DNA of 64,000 nucleotides from an uncultured Gemmatimonadaceae bacterium (GCA_963843845.1 CAWJMB010000002.1:896001-960000); one strand, 5' to 3'. Shown: positions 48,156 to 60,494, counted from the first letter of the stretch. Numbers and translations are program-made. The notes: generated by a model from the sequence alone, not told the origin.

Positions 48156-48888
48156 GGGCGAGCCGCGCCTGACCGGTCGGGCAGAGATCGAGCACGACGC
48201 ACCGCTCGCACGCGGGACGCTGATAGAAGCAGCACTGCTGGCCGTGCAGCATCAGCGCCTCGTGATTGTCGTAGACCGTCTGCGCGTCCCACTCCGGCGG
48301 CAACTGCGCGGCGAGCACGGCGTGCGCCGGTCCGACCGCCACGCCCGCCGGCAGCAATCCGAGCCGCTCGGCGACGCGGTGGTGATGACTGTCGACGGGG
48401 AGCGCCGGCATGTGCAGGCGGCTGAAGAGCAACGTCGCGGCGCTCGTCTTCGGCCCGACGCCGGTGATCGACTCGAGCCAGGCGCGCGCCTCCGGCACCG
48501 GCAGCGCGCTGAGGAAGTCGAGCGCGTCGTCGCCCAACGAACCGCGCCGCTCGCCGATCTCGCGCAAGACGGCCTGGATGCGCGGCGCCTTCTGCTCCGG
48601 CCACGTGACCGGCGCGATCGCCGTCTCGACCTCGCTCGTCGGCGCGTCGCGCACCGCGTCCCAGGCGGGGAACCGTCGACGGAGCTGCTTGAACGCGCGT
48701 CCCGAGTCGGCGTTGCGAGTGCGGTGCGAGAGCAGCGACGACACGAGCTCGCTCAGCGGGTCGAGCTCGTGAAAGTACGGCACGGGGCAGCCGTACTCGG
48801 CGCACAGTCGTTCGTGCACGGCGAGCGCCTTCGCGCGCACCTCCGGCGCGATCTCGATCGTCGTCGACTTCGTGGTCGCCCGTGGCAT
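48124..48888 (-). CDS. Endonuclease III-family HhH-GPD glycosylase with 4Fe-4S motif
   Basis: ITGVGPKTS, LPVDSHHHRV, C-x6-C-x2-C-x5-C. Confidence 0.88.
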   Translation of the reverse strand: MPRATTKSTTIEIAPEVRAKALAVHERLCAEYGCPVPYFHELDPLSELVSSLLSHRTRNADSGRAFKQLRRRFPAWDAVRDAPTSEVETAIAPVTWPEQKAPRIQAVLREIGERRGSLGDDALDFLSALPVPEARAWLESITGVGPKTSAATLLFSRLHMPALPVDSHHHRVAERLGLLPAGVAVGPAHAVLAAQLPPEWDAQTVYDNHEALMLHGQQCCFYQRPACERCVVLDLCPTGQARLARGQTLARDAA

Positions 48889-49020
48889 CCCTGCCTCCCG
48901 TCCTCCCTGAAAGGGAAGGCAGAGAAGTCATGACTTGTGCCGCGCCGCGCCCGGGGCGCCGAGAGGCCGGTGCCGGCCGCCGCGACGAACCCGGCCCCGC
49001 CGGCCCGCCGCCGACCGTGG

Positions 49021-49521
49021 CTAGTCGAGCGCCTCGGCGAGGGCGCTCCACGCGAGCGTCGCGCACTGCACGCGGTTCGGGAACCGCGCGACGCCGCTGA
49101 GTGCGCGCAGCTCGCCTAACGCCGGGTCGGCCGCCGCCGCCGCGTCGCCGCGCATCATCGCCGAGAACCGCGCGAGCAGCGCGCGCGCCTCGTCGCGCGA
49201 GCGGCCGCGCACGGTCTGGGTCAGCATCGACGCGGACGCCTGCGAGATCGAGCAGCCCTGGCCGGTGAAGCGCACCTCCCCGACGTTGCCGCCGGCGTCG
49301 AACGTCACGGCGAGCGCGAGCTCGTCGCCGCAGAGCGGGTTGCGGCGCGCGGCGCGGTGCACGTTCGGCGCGTCGTCGACCGGCCCCTTGTTCCGCGGGC
49401 GGCGGTAGTGGTCGAGGATCAGCTCCTGGTAGATCGCCGAGAGCTGCGCGTCGTCCCGCGGCGGCGCGGCGTGCGACCCGACGGCGGCCGGCGCGCCGGC
49501 CGCCGCGTCGTCAGCCGACAC
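49021..49521 (-). CDS. sufU: SufU-type Fe-S assembly protein (second copy)
   Basis: YQELILDHY, NPLCGD, GCSISQASAS, RVQCATL. Confidence 0.9.
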   Translation of the reverse strand: MSADDAAAGAPAAVGSHAAPPRDDAQLSAIYQELILDHYRRPRNKGPVDDAPNVHRAARRNPLCGDELALAVTFDAGGNVGEVRFTGQGCSISQASASMLTQTVRGRSRDEARALLARFSAMMRGDAAAAADPALGELRALSGVARFPNRVQCATLAWSALAEALD

Positions 49522-50747
49522 CGGCGAACAGTTGCTGGGCGGCGCGCACGCCCGCGACGAGCGCGTCGACGTCGGCCGCATCGTTGTAGACGTAGAACGA
49601 CGCGCGCGTCGTCGCCGGAACGCCGAGGCGGCGCATGAGCGGCTGCGCGCAGTGGTGGCCGGCGCGCACGCAGACGTCGTGCTGGTCGAGGATCGTCGCG
49701 AGGTCGTGCGGGTGCACGTCGGCGAGCGAGAAGCTGACGACGCCGCTCCGCCGTTCGGGCGCCGGGCCGTGGATCGTCAGGCCCTCGACCTCGGCGAGGC
49801 GCTCGGTCGCGAGGCGGACGAGGTGCCGCTCGTGCGCGAGCACCCGGTCCATGCCCAACGCATCCAGATAGTCGCACGCCGCGGCGAGCCCCACGGCGTC
49901 GGCCACGTTCGGCGTTCCCGCCTCGAACTTGTGCGGCAGCACGTTCCACGTGCTCGTCTCGTCGTGCACCCACTCGATCATGTCGCCGCCGAACTGGTAG
50001 GGCGACATCGCCTCGAGCAGCGCGCGCCGCCCGACCAGCACGCCGATCCCCATCGGCCCACACAGCTTGTGACCGCTGAACGCGTAGAAGTCGACGCCGA
50101 GCGCGTCGAACGCCACGGGGAGGTGCGGCGCGCCCTGCGCGCCATCGCAGACGATGACGGCGTGCGTGCGCTCGCGCACCAGCGCCACGAGCTCGCGCAC
50201 CGGGTTCACCGTGCCCAGCGCGTTCGACACGTGCGGAAAGACGACGACCTTCGTCCGCGCGGAGAGCAGCGACGCGAGTGCGGCCGACGTCGATCTCGCC
50301 ATCGTCGGTGAGCGGCACGATGCGGAAGTGCGCGCCGCGCTCGAGCGCGAGCTGCTGCCACGGAACGAAGTTGGCGTGGTGGTCCATCGCCGTGACGACG
50401 ACGTCGTCTCCCGCCTGCACGTTCGCGCGCCCCCACGCCGCCGCGACGAGGTTCAGCGCCTCGGTGGTGCCGCGGGTGAAGAGCAGCGTGTCGGCGTCCG
50501 CGACCCCGACGAAGCGCGCGACGCGCGCGCGCGCGCCGTGGTAGCGGTCCGTCGCCGCGGCGCTCAGGCGGTAGGCGCCGCGGTGCGGGTTCGCGTTGTC
50601 GTGCGTGTAGTACGCCGTCATCGCGTCGAGCACGGCGCGCGGCTTCTGCGTCGTCGCCGCGGAGTCGAGGTAGTGCAGCGCGGGGTGCGCGGCGAGCAGC
50701 GGAAAGTCGCTGCGCGGCGCGAGCGCGTGCCGGCCGTCCGCCGTCAT
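49511..50747 (-). CDS. sufS: Cysteine desulfurase SufS; indel near 50280
   Basis: YLDSAATTQKP, HHANFVPWQ, DGAQ, FSGHK, FEAGTP, RAGHHCAQP. Confidence 0.92.
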
Positions 50748-51241
50748 TCGGTCGTCACCGCGTCCGGGACGTCGTGCGCGCGGTCGTCGGCGTTCGCGAG
50801 CGCCGCCCGCAGCGTGTGCCACGCGAGGCTCGCGCACTTCACGCGCACCGGGAAGCGCGACACGCCCGAGAGCGCCGCGAGGGCGCCTAACGCTTCGCGG
50901 TCGCCCGGCTGCGCGACGCCGGCGGCGGACGCGGCCGGCGACGTGCCCGTCAGCATCGCGTGCACCCGGTCGAACGTCGCCGCCGCCTCGCTCCGCGTGC
51001 GCCCCTTCGTGGCCTGCGTCATGAGCGACGCCGAGGCCTGCGAGATCGCGCACCCCTGGCCCACGAACCGGACGTCGGCGAGCGTGTCGCCGTCGAGCTT
51101 CACCCACACCGTGAGGTGGTCGCCGCACAGCGGATTCTTCCCGTCGGCCTGCGCCGTCGCGTCGCCCAGCTCGCCGCGGTTGCGCGGGCGGCGGTTGTGG
51201 TCGAGGATGACCGACTGATACAGCTCGGCGAGGTCGGTCAC
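50744..51241 (-). CDS. sufU: SufU-type Fe-S assembly protein (first copy)
   Basis: YQSVILDH, NPLCGD, GCAISQASAS, RVKCASL. Confidence 0.9.
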   Translation of the reverse strand: MTDLAELYQSVILDHNRRPRNRGELGDATAQADGKNPLCGDHLTVWVKLDGDTLADVRFVGQGCAISQASASLMTQATKGRTRSEAAATFDRVHAMLTGTSPAASAAGVAQPGDREALGALAALSGVSRFPVRVKCASLAWHTLRAALANADDRAHDVPDAVTTE

Positions 51242-52643
51242 GCCTGTTCCACGCCCGTGTACCGCTCCATCGCGAGCGCCTCCAGTGCGTCGCGCACCGC
51301 CGGGAGCTCGATGGTCTCGAGCACGTCCGCCGCGAACGCGTACGTCAGCAGCCGCCGCGCCGTCTCGGCCGAGATGCCGCGGCTCTTCATGTAGAAGAGC
51401 GACGTCGCGTCGAGCCGCCCGACCGTCGCGCCGTGCGTGCACTTCACGTCGTCGGCGAAGATCTCGAGCTGCGGCTTGGCGTCGATGCGCGCCAGGTCCG
51501 AGAGGAGCAGCGTGTTGTTCGTCTGCTTGCCGTCCGTCTTCTGCGCGACGGGGTGCACGTACACCTTGCCGTTGAACACGCCGTGCGAGCGGCCGTCGAG
51601 AATGCCCTTGTAGAGCTCGCGGCTGAACGTGTTGGGCCGCGCGTGCTCGATGCGCGTCTGGTGGTCGCAGTGCTGCTCGCCGTCGAGCATGTAGAGCCCG
51701 TTCAGCGTCGCGCCGCTCCCCTCGCCGTCGAGCGCGGTGTAGACGTTGATGCGCGAGAGCCGTGCGCCGACCGCGAACGAGAACGAGACGAAGTGGCTGT
51801 CGCGGCCCTGCCGCGCTTCCGCGGTGCCGACGTGGAACGCCCGCGCGCTCTCGCGCTGCACGCGGATGTGATGCACCGTCGCGCCGTCGGCGAGGTCGGC
51901 CTCGCACACCGCGTTCGTCCAGTACGACGCGTCGCCGAGCCCGACGAAGCTCTCGATCACCGTGGCCTTCGAGTGGCGCTCGGCGACGATCAGCGTGCGC
52001 GGGTGCGTGGCGCTGCGCGCCGCGTCGGCGTCGGTCGCCCACACGATGTGCACGGGCACCTCGGCTTCCATCTCTTTCGCGACGACGATCACGACGCCGT
52101 CGTCGAACATCGCGCCGTTGAGCGCGGCGAACGGCTGGTCCGCGACGCCCGCGATGCGGCCGAGGCAGCGCTCGACCACGTCGCCGTGCTCGGCGAGCGC
52201 CTCGGCGAGGGGCAGCACGCGCACGCCGGCCGGCACGGCGGCCAACGACGAACGCGCGGCGTCGAACCGGCCGTTCACGAACACGGCGGTCGGCCACTCG
52301 CGCTGCCCGAAGGTGTAGGGCGCGAGCGCGTCGGCGGCGATCGTCGCCGACGACGAGCGGAGCGTCGGGTACGCCGCCTCGGCGATCGGCGCCGTCGACG
52401 TGTAGTGCCAGTCCTCGTGCTTCGGCGTCGGGAAGCCGGTCGCGCGGAACTCGTCGGCCGCCGCGCGCCGCCGCCCGACGAGCCACCGCGGGTCGCGCGA
52501 CTCGGCGGCGCCGATCGCGTCGCTCAGCTCGTTCAGCAGCGTCTGCGGCGGGGCGAGGAACTGCCCCGGCGCGACGGCCGCGTCGCGCTGCGCGTCGGCG
52601 GCGACGGCCTGCGCGAGGCTGCCCGTCTCGGGGTGCGTCGCCG

Positions 52644-52647
<4 letters not shown>
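51238..52647 (-). CDS. sufD: Fe-S assembly protein SufD
   Basis: EDWHYT, FNGKVYV, AQKTDGKQ, KPQLEIFADDVKCTHGAT. Confidence 0.93.
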
Positions 52648-53411
<764 letters not shown>

Positions 53412-53435
53412 AGTGATTTGTCCGGTGATGATTGA

Positions 53436-54872
<1,437 letters not shown>

Positions 54873-54874
54873 GT

Positions 54875-55576
54875 CTATGCCTGCGTGGGAGTCGGACTGG
54901 TGCCCGCCTGCGGCGGGCGGATGGACTCGGGACTCGGGTGCCGCACGGTGTAGGCGCAGCTCGAGCACCCGGCGAGCATGTGGCACGTCCGCTCGACGGG
55001 GGTGCCCAACATCTGCTCGACGAACTCCTGCTCGGCGGCGCAGATCTCGGGAAAGCGCTCGGCGACGTCGCGGATGGCACAGTGGAACTCGCGGATGACG
55101 ACGCGGTCGTCGGCGCACGTCGCCTCCGCCATGTAGCCCTGCGACGACCGCAGCTCGGCGAGGAGCTGGGCGCGCTCGTGCAGGGGCAGCTCGGCGAGCC
55201 GCGGCGACACCTGCTCGACGAGGTGTGCCCACTGCCGGCGGATGAGTGCCACGACGCCCTCGGAGCCGGCCGTCTCGCGCACCGACTCGAGAACGGCCGT
55301 CAACACGTCCGCGTGGCCACGAGGGAGCAGCGCCTCGCCGCTCTCGGACAGCGAGTACGCATGCACCGGAGCGCCGACGCCGCGTACCTCGCGCCGGTAG
55401 CGCACCAGCCCCTCGGCTTCGAGCGTGTCGAGGTGGCGCCGCAGCGCGTTCGGGGTGAGCCCGAACTGCTCGGCCAACTCCTTCGCCGTGAGGGGGTGCC
55501 GGGTCCGCTTCAGCGCGATCAACAGCTCGGCACGGACGCCGCGGAAGCCACCGAGCGTGGCCGGAACTCCTTGCAT
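54875..55576 (-). CDS. sufR: SufR-type HTH transcriptional regulator
   Basis: N-terminal HTH ([21 protein letters not shown]), HCAI..PEICAAE..GCSSC; heads the suf operon. Confidence 0.85.
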   Translation of the reverse strand: MQGVPATLGGFRGVRAELLIALKRTRHPLTAKELAEQFGLTPNALRRHLDTLEAEGLVRYRREVRGVGAPVHAYSLSESGEALLPRGHADVLTAVLESVRETAGSEGVVALIRRQWAHLVEQVSPRLAELPLHERAQLLAELRSSQGYMAEATCADDRVVIREFHCAIRDVAERFPEICAAEQEFVEQMLGTPVERTCHMLAGCSSCAYTVRHPSPESIRPPQAGTSPTPTQA

Positions 55577-55582
55577 GACCGG

Positions 55583-55622
55583 AACTTAGCGGCGACCGTG
55601 GGATTCGTCAACGAAAGTGTGG
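55583..55622 (-). promoter_or_regulatory. Sigma70-type promoter of the suf operon with possible SufR site
   Basis: TTGACG-N17-TAAGTT-N6-ATG; CAAC-N6-GTGG (55609-55622) overlaps the -35. Confidence 0.6.
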
Positions 55623-55702
55623 GTGAATTACCGCGGGAGGGCAGTTCAGCTCTCGCCCGATCCCGCCGACACTCTCACTCGAACCTTCCACGAGGCACTT
55701 CC

Positions 55703-56128
55703 GTGTTCGAGCTCGTTCTCGTCGCCGCGCTGCTGGCCACTGCGGTTCTGTTCGCGCTCTTCAGCTCGCGGGCCATCGACCAGGCGAGCTCGCGCGACGA
55801 GGTCGCGCGACACCTGTTCCTCGCCGGCTTCGACGGGAGCGGCGTCGCGCCGGCGCTGCTCGTGCAGACGTTCGACGCGCTCCGCGCCCGCGTGCCGCAC
55901 GACGTCGACGTGATGCGGCCGACCGACCAGCTCGCGGCCCGCTACGGATTCACGCAGGCCGACGCGGAAGACGTCGTGCTGCTCGTCGCGGCGCGAACGG
56001 ACGGTCACATCCCCGCGGCGCGTGATCTCGACCGCCTCGGCGAGTCGGTGCGCACGGTGGCTGACCTCGTGCGGTTCCTCGTGCCGTTCTACACGCGCGA
56101 CCCGCGGACGCTGGCGCGCGCGTCGTAG
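55703..56128 (+). CDS. Hypothetical membrane-anchored protein
   Basis: GAGG RBS, GTG start, N-terminal TM helix. Confidence 0.6.
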   Translation: MFELVLVAALLATAVLFALFSSRAIDQASSRDEVARHLFLAGFDGSGVAPALLVQTFDALRARVPHDVDVMRPTDQLAARYGFTQADAEDVVLLVAARTDGHIPAARDLDRLGESVRTVADLVRFLVPFYTRDPRTLARAS

Positions 56129-56174
56129 GCGCCCGGGGGCGCGGATCCGTCGGGCGGCGCGCGCGGCGCGGGCG

Positions 56175-57245
56175 TCAGGCGCCCGCGCCGCAGCGTTGCC
56201 GCAACGCCTTCGCGAAGCGACCGGGGTCGCGCGCCTCGGCGAAGAACGCGTCGAGATACTCGCGCGCGGATCGCGCGTACCCGCGGTCGAGCGCGGGGAG
56301 CGAGGCGTAGAGCGCGTCCGCCGCTCCACGCGCATGGACGAAGCGCGGCAGCAGTGCGGCGAGCGTCGACTCGCTCAGGCACGGCCCGCGATACAGGCGC
56401 TGTCGGACGCTGCGGATGCTGAGCCGCGGGTCGGGCGTCGCGTACCGGGCGTCGACGAGACCGGAGAAGTCGAAGTCGTACGGCACCGCGAGCACCGCGT
56501 CCGGCGTCGTCACGAGCCGCACGTTGTGCAGCGCCGCGACCGAGAAGTCGGTGTTGCCGATGAAGTATTCCCACAGGCCGAGCAGCGCGACCGACGACGA
56601 GTCGATGTGGTCGTAGAGTGCCCCGCGCGCCGTCGTGACCTTCCCGCCGAGCCGGTCCTCGAGATCGTCCTCGGACTCGGCGAAGCGCGCCCAGCGCTCG
56701 ACGACCTTCGTCGAGTCGCGCGAGTCGACATAGCGGACGCGCGCGAGGCGCGAGCGGAAGCTCTGATCCGTGACGAGGTTGTGGAGCCGGTACGCGAGGT
56801 GCTCGCGCAGCACGTACTGCTCGTAGACGTCGCTGCCGTTGCAGTGCGTGCCGAGCTTGAGCGCCTTCTGCCCGGCGAACACGGTGCGCTTCGTTCCGGC
56901 CGAGTCGAACACGACGCGCAGCGGCGGGAACGAGCAGCTCTCCCGCTTCAGTCGGTAGTGGCCGCGTGTCGCGAGCTTGATCGCCAGGCGAACGGTGCGT
57001 CCGGCCGAGTCGACATACCACAGCGTTCCCGGCCGGAGCACGGGTTTGAGCGTGTCGCGGTCGCCGCCGAGGGCGCGCCAGTCGCCGACGATGGTGAGGC
57101 GGAGCGCCGTGTCGGAAGCGAACAGCGCTACCGCCTTCGGCGGCTTCGGCGGCTTCGGCGGCTTCGGCGCGCTCGGCGCCTGGCGCTGCGCGCCGGTCGC
57201 CGCCGGCAGCAGAGCGGCGAGCGCGATGGCGGTGCGGAGTCTCAT
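56175..57245 (-). CDS. Exported CotH/atypical-kinase-like protein
   Basis: Signal peptide; RG..R..C..PP, KL.THC, REHLAY, IGNTD, HN, PYDFD. Confidence 0.65.
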   Translation of the reverse strand: MRLRTAIALAALLPAATGAQRQAPSAPKPPKPPKPPKAVALFASDTALRLTIVGDWRALGGDRDTLKPVLRPGTLWYVDSAGRTVRLAIKLATRGHYRLKRESCSFPPLRVVFDSAGTKRTVFAGQKALKLGTHCNGSDVYEQYVLREHLAYRLHNLVTDQSFRSRLARVRYVDSRDSTKVVERWARFAESEDDLEDRLGGKVTTARGALYDHIDSSSVALLGLWEYFIGNTDFSVAALHNVRLVTTPDAVLAVPYDFDFSGLVDARYATPDPRLSIRSVRQRLYRGPCLSESTLAALLPRFVHARGAADALYASLPALDRGYARSAREYLDAFFAEARDPGRFAKALRQRCGAGA

Positions 57246-58321
57246 GAGAGCTGCGCGTGCACGACGTACGGCGCGCCGTTCGCGACGACTGCCGCGACGA
57301 CGTCGTGCGGCGGCGTTCCCTTCCGCCACCGCACGTGATACGCGACGACCGGCGTGCCCGCGTCGTCGACCGCGTCGTCGTCGACGACGCGCCGCCACCG
57401 CTTCACGCGCTCGTCGAGGAGCGGCTCCACGAGCGGACAGAGCGCGTCCGGGTCGGTCGTGACGATGCGGAGGCGCGCGTCGAACTCGACGTCGGCGGAG
57501 GCGGCGGGGAGGTCGGGGGCGACGTCGTCGCGGCGCTTGCGCACGCGCGTGGCGAGCGCCTCCAGCTGTGCCGGCGCCATCGTCCGCAGCACTTCGTCGT
57601 CGATGCGCGCGACGAACTGGCTCGTGCGGTTCGCGATCGCCATCGCGCGTTGCATCTGACGCTGTGCGCGCTCGCCCTCGACCGACGGCGGCGTGCGCGC
57701 GAAGTCGGTGTAGAACAGTGCGAGCGTCATGGCGTTGAAGAAGACCGACAGAACGACACCGACCTCGACCTCGACGCCGCACGCGAGCCCGACGCCGGTC
57801 GCGAGAAACATGAACACCGCGTCCTTGCTGTCCTCGAGCGAGTTGCGGAAGCGCACCGCGGCGACGATGCCGGCGAGCCCGAACGCGAGCGCGAGGCTCG
57901 TCTTCACGAGCACGACGACGCCGGCGACGACGACGGGGAGGAGGACGAGCGTGTGCACGACCGACTGCCGATAGCCTTTGCGCTCCCGCGTCAGCATGTA
58001 GATCCACGCGGTGGGCAGCGCGAGCAGGAACGCGGCGAGCGTCGCGACGCCGACCGAGAGCGCGACCGACGTGGCCTGCGTCGCGACCCCGGCCGCCCCG
58101 GCGTCCGTGAAGATCGCCGTCGCGGACGTCGGCTCGGTGTACACCGACGGCCGCGCACTCGACAGCGCGTCGCGCGGCCCGGGCGGCACGAGCGGCCAGA
58201 GGAGGGCGACGCCCCCGAACAGCACGACGTAGTAGACCAGCACGCGGACGACGATGTTGTCGTCGAGGATCGAGAGACCCGAGCGGATCGAGCGGATCGA
58301 GCGGCGGGACGATTCGGCCAT
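57242..58321 (-). CDS. DUF4956 family membrane protein
   Basis: SLALAFGLAGIVAAVRFRNSLEDSKDAVF, GLACG. Confidence 0.82.
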   Translation of the reverse strand: MAESSRRSIRSIRSGLSILDDNIVVRVLVYYVVLFGGVALLWPLVPPGPRDALSSARPSVYTEPTSATAIFTDAGAAGVATQATSVALSVGVATLAAFLLALPTAWIYMLTRERKGYRQSVVHTLVLLPVVVAGVVVLVKTSLALAFGLAGIVAAVRFRNSLEDSKDAVFMFLATGVGLACGVEVEVGVVLSVFFNAMTLALFYTDFARTPPSVEGERAQRQMQRAMAIANRTSQFVARIDDEVLRTMAPAQLEALATRVRKRRDDVAPDLPAASADVEFDARLRIVTTDPDALCPLVEPLLDERVKRWRRVVDDDAVDDAGTPVVAYHVRWRKGTPPHDVVAAVVANGAPYVVHAQLS

Positions 58322-58521
58322 GATGGGCGGGGAAGCGCGCCGCGACCGCGCGCGGCGACGCGCGGCGAAAGTACTGTGCGACGTGACGGGCCGCGAGTCG
58401 GGTCGTCACCCGCCGCGCGCCTCCCTCGCGAGTCGTTCGTGGCGCGCCGGGTTTGCTTTCACGAGTTGACTTGGCCGCCGTCGGGAAGACCTTGAGACGC
58501 TCCGATCGTCGTCCCGCCGTG

Positions 58522-59268
58522 ATGCCTGCTCCCTCCGTCCTTCGCGCGACGATCGTGTCGCTCGCACTCGCCGCGCTCGCCGCCTGCGCCGGCCGCGTGC
58601 GCCCCGGCTCGCACCCGACGGTTCCGCGCGCCGACGACGGAGTGCCCCGCGCCGCCACGCCGACGGTGCCGTCGTCGCCGGTCTCGGCGGCCGACCTCGC
58701 GGCGCTGCGCGCGCGGACGCTGCTCGTCCCGGTCGCGAACGTGCGCGCCGCGTCGCTCCGCGGGAGCTTCGACGCGCCGCGCGACGGCGGCGGGCGCACG
58801 CACCTGGCGCTCGACATCCTCGCGCCGCGCGGCACCCCGGTGCTGGCGGCGGACGACGGGCGCGTGTGGACGGTTCGGCAGAACGCGTTGGGCGGCCTCA
58901 CCGTCTACGCGGTCGATCCCGACGACCGCTTCGTGTTCTACTACGCGCACCTCGACCGCTACCGCGACGGCCTGTTCGACGGCATGCCGCTGCTCAAAGG
59001 CGACACGCTCGGCTTCGTCGGCACGACGGGGAACGCGCCGCCGGACGCGCCGCACCTGCACTTTCAGATCGCACGGATCGGGACCGACCGGAAGTGGTGG
59101 ACGGGAACGCCGATCGACCCGCTGCCATTCCTGCGCGACGTCGAGGTGGCGATGGCGGGGCGGGGGCGCCCTGTCGCGGAGACGGGCGATCGGGCGCGCG
59201 GCGTCGTCGTGCCAGCGATCAAGGTGCGGAAGGGTCCGACGGTGCCGGCGGACACGCTCCTGCGGTGA
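58522..59268 (+). CDS. M23 metallopeptidase, lipoprotein
   Basis: LAAC lipobox, HLALD, YYAHL, GTTGNA, HLHF. Confidence 0.9.
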   Translation: MPAPSVLRATIVSLALAALAACAGRVRPGSHPTVPRADDGVPRAATPTVPSSPVSAADLAALRARTLLVPVANVRAASLRGSFDAPRDGGGRTHLALDILAPRGTPVLAADDGRVWTVRQNALGGLTVYAVDPDDRFVFYYAHLDRYRDGLFDGMPLLKGDTLGFVGTTGNAPPDAPHLHFQIARIGTDRKWWTGTPIDPLPFLRDVEVAMAGRGRPVAETGDRARGVVVPAIKVRKGPTVPADTLLR

Positions 59269-59340
59269 CGGCGGCGGAACGGGAGTGCGTCCCGCCGATC
59301 CCCCGTTCCGCCGTCCGGCGCCGCGGCTCGGTAGCGCGGC

Positions 59341-60390
59341 TCAGCGTCCGGCTCGTCGCGCGAGTCGTCGTGCGAGCAGTCGGCTCCCGCTCTGATCGAG
59401 CACGACGGCCGCGATCAGCGCCCCCCCGATGATGATCCACTCGTAGTTCTGGTCGAGATGCAGCGTCCGGATCCCCTGCCGGAACGTCACGATGAGCAGC
59501 GCGCCCAGCAGCGCGCTCCACGCGCTCCCCCTGCCGCCGAGCAAGCTCGCCCCGCCGACGACCGCTGCGGCGATGACGTACAGTTCGTAGCCCGTTCCGT
59601 CCGACGACGTGGCCGATCCATAGAACGCCGCGCCGACGAACGCCGCGATCCCGGCCGTGAGCCCCGACAGCACGTACACGCCGAGCTGGATCGCCTTCAC
59701 GTCGAGTCCGGAGAAGCGGCTCGCTTCCGCGTTCCCGCCGAACGCGAACACGTAGCGCCCCCACACCGTGCGCGTGAGGTAGAGACTTCCCGCCGCCGTG
59801 ACGACGAGCGTCACGAGCAGCGGCACCGGGTAGAGCGCCGTGCGCCCCCCCAGCGTGGCCTTCACGACCGCCGTCAGCGCGGTCGGCACGATGACGCTCT
59901 CCGCCTTGCTGATGACGAACGCGAGCCCGCGCAGCATCCACATGGTGCCTAACGTGATGACGAACGGGTGCACGCCGAGCCCGATCACCATGAGCCCGTT
60001 GAGCAGCCCGCAGGCCACGCTCACGCCGAGGCAGGTGCCGAGTCCGACGACGAGCGTCGTCGCCGGCGAGAGGTCGCCGGCCGCGCGCAGCACCATCGCC
60101 ATCGCGACGCCGGCGAACGCGTAGATCGCGCCGACCGAGAGGTCGATCCCGCCCGAGATGATGACGATCGTCATCCCGACGCCCATGATCGCGAACGCGC
60201 TCGCGTCGGTCGCCATCTGCACGAGCGTGTACACGTTCAGGAAGTTGTTGACCGACGCGCCCGTCACGCGATCCGGGTGCGACCCCGCCGCCGCCGTCAG
60301 CGCGGCGCCGAGCAGCAACAGGACGACGACGAGGCCGATCTGCTGGGAGCGGAGCAGCGCGCTCGTCGCCCGCCGGAATGCGTCGGTCAT
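59341..60390 (-). CDS. Sugar ABC permease (RbsC-like)
   Basis: ISGGIDLSVG, PFVITLG, GGNAEAS, IAAAVVGG. Confidence 0.92.
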   Translation of the reverse strand: MTDAFRRATSALLRSQQIGLVVVLLLLGAALTAAAGSHPDRVTGASVNNFLNVYTLVQMATDASAFAIMGVGMTIVIISGGIDLSVGAIYAFAGVAMAMVLRAAGDLSPATTLVVGLGTCLGVSVACGLLNGLMVIGLGVHPFVITLGTMWMLRGLAFVISKAESVIVPTALTAVVKATLGGRTALYPVPLLVTLVVTAAGSLYLTRTVWGRYVFAFGGNAEASRFSGLDVKAIQLGVYVLSGLTAGIAAFVGAAFYGSATSSDGTGYELYVIAAAVVGGASLLGGRGSAWSALLGALLIVTFRQGIRTLHLDQNYEWIIIGGALIAAVVLDQSGSRLLARRLARRAGR

Positions 60391-60391
60391 G

Positions 60392-60488
60392 GATCGTGAG
60401 GCGATCGTGAGGCGATCGTGCGGCGATCGTGCGGCGATCGTGCGGCGATCGTGCGGCGATCGTGCGGCGATCGTGCGGCGATGTGAGG
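60392..60488. repeat. 11-bp tandem repeat GATCGTG(C/A)GGC, 8 copies plus a partial
   Basis: Direct reading; fills the ATPase-permease spacer. Confidence 0.92.
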
Positions 60489-60494
60489 TGAGCG

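Noticed and set aside
49511..50747. sufS (and pruA, the M24 peptidase) as pseudogenes or programmed frameshifts
   Set aside because: Catalytic motifs are intact and no slippery sites were evident; sequencing error is more parsimonious.
57136..57170. CGGCGGCTT tandem repeat as a separate element
   Set aside because: An in-frame 9-mer encoding the PKP linker of the CotH-like protein.
60392..60488. CRISPR array
   Set aside because: Head-to-tail 11-mers with no spacers and no cas genes.
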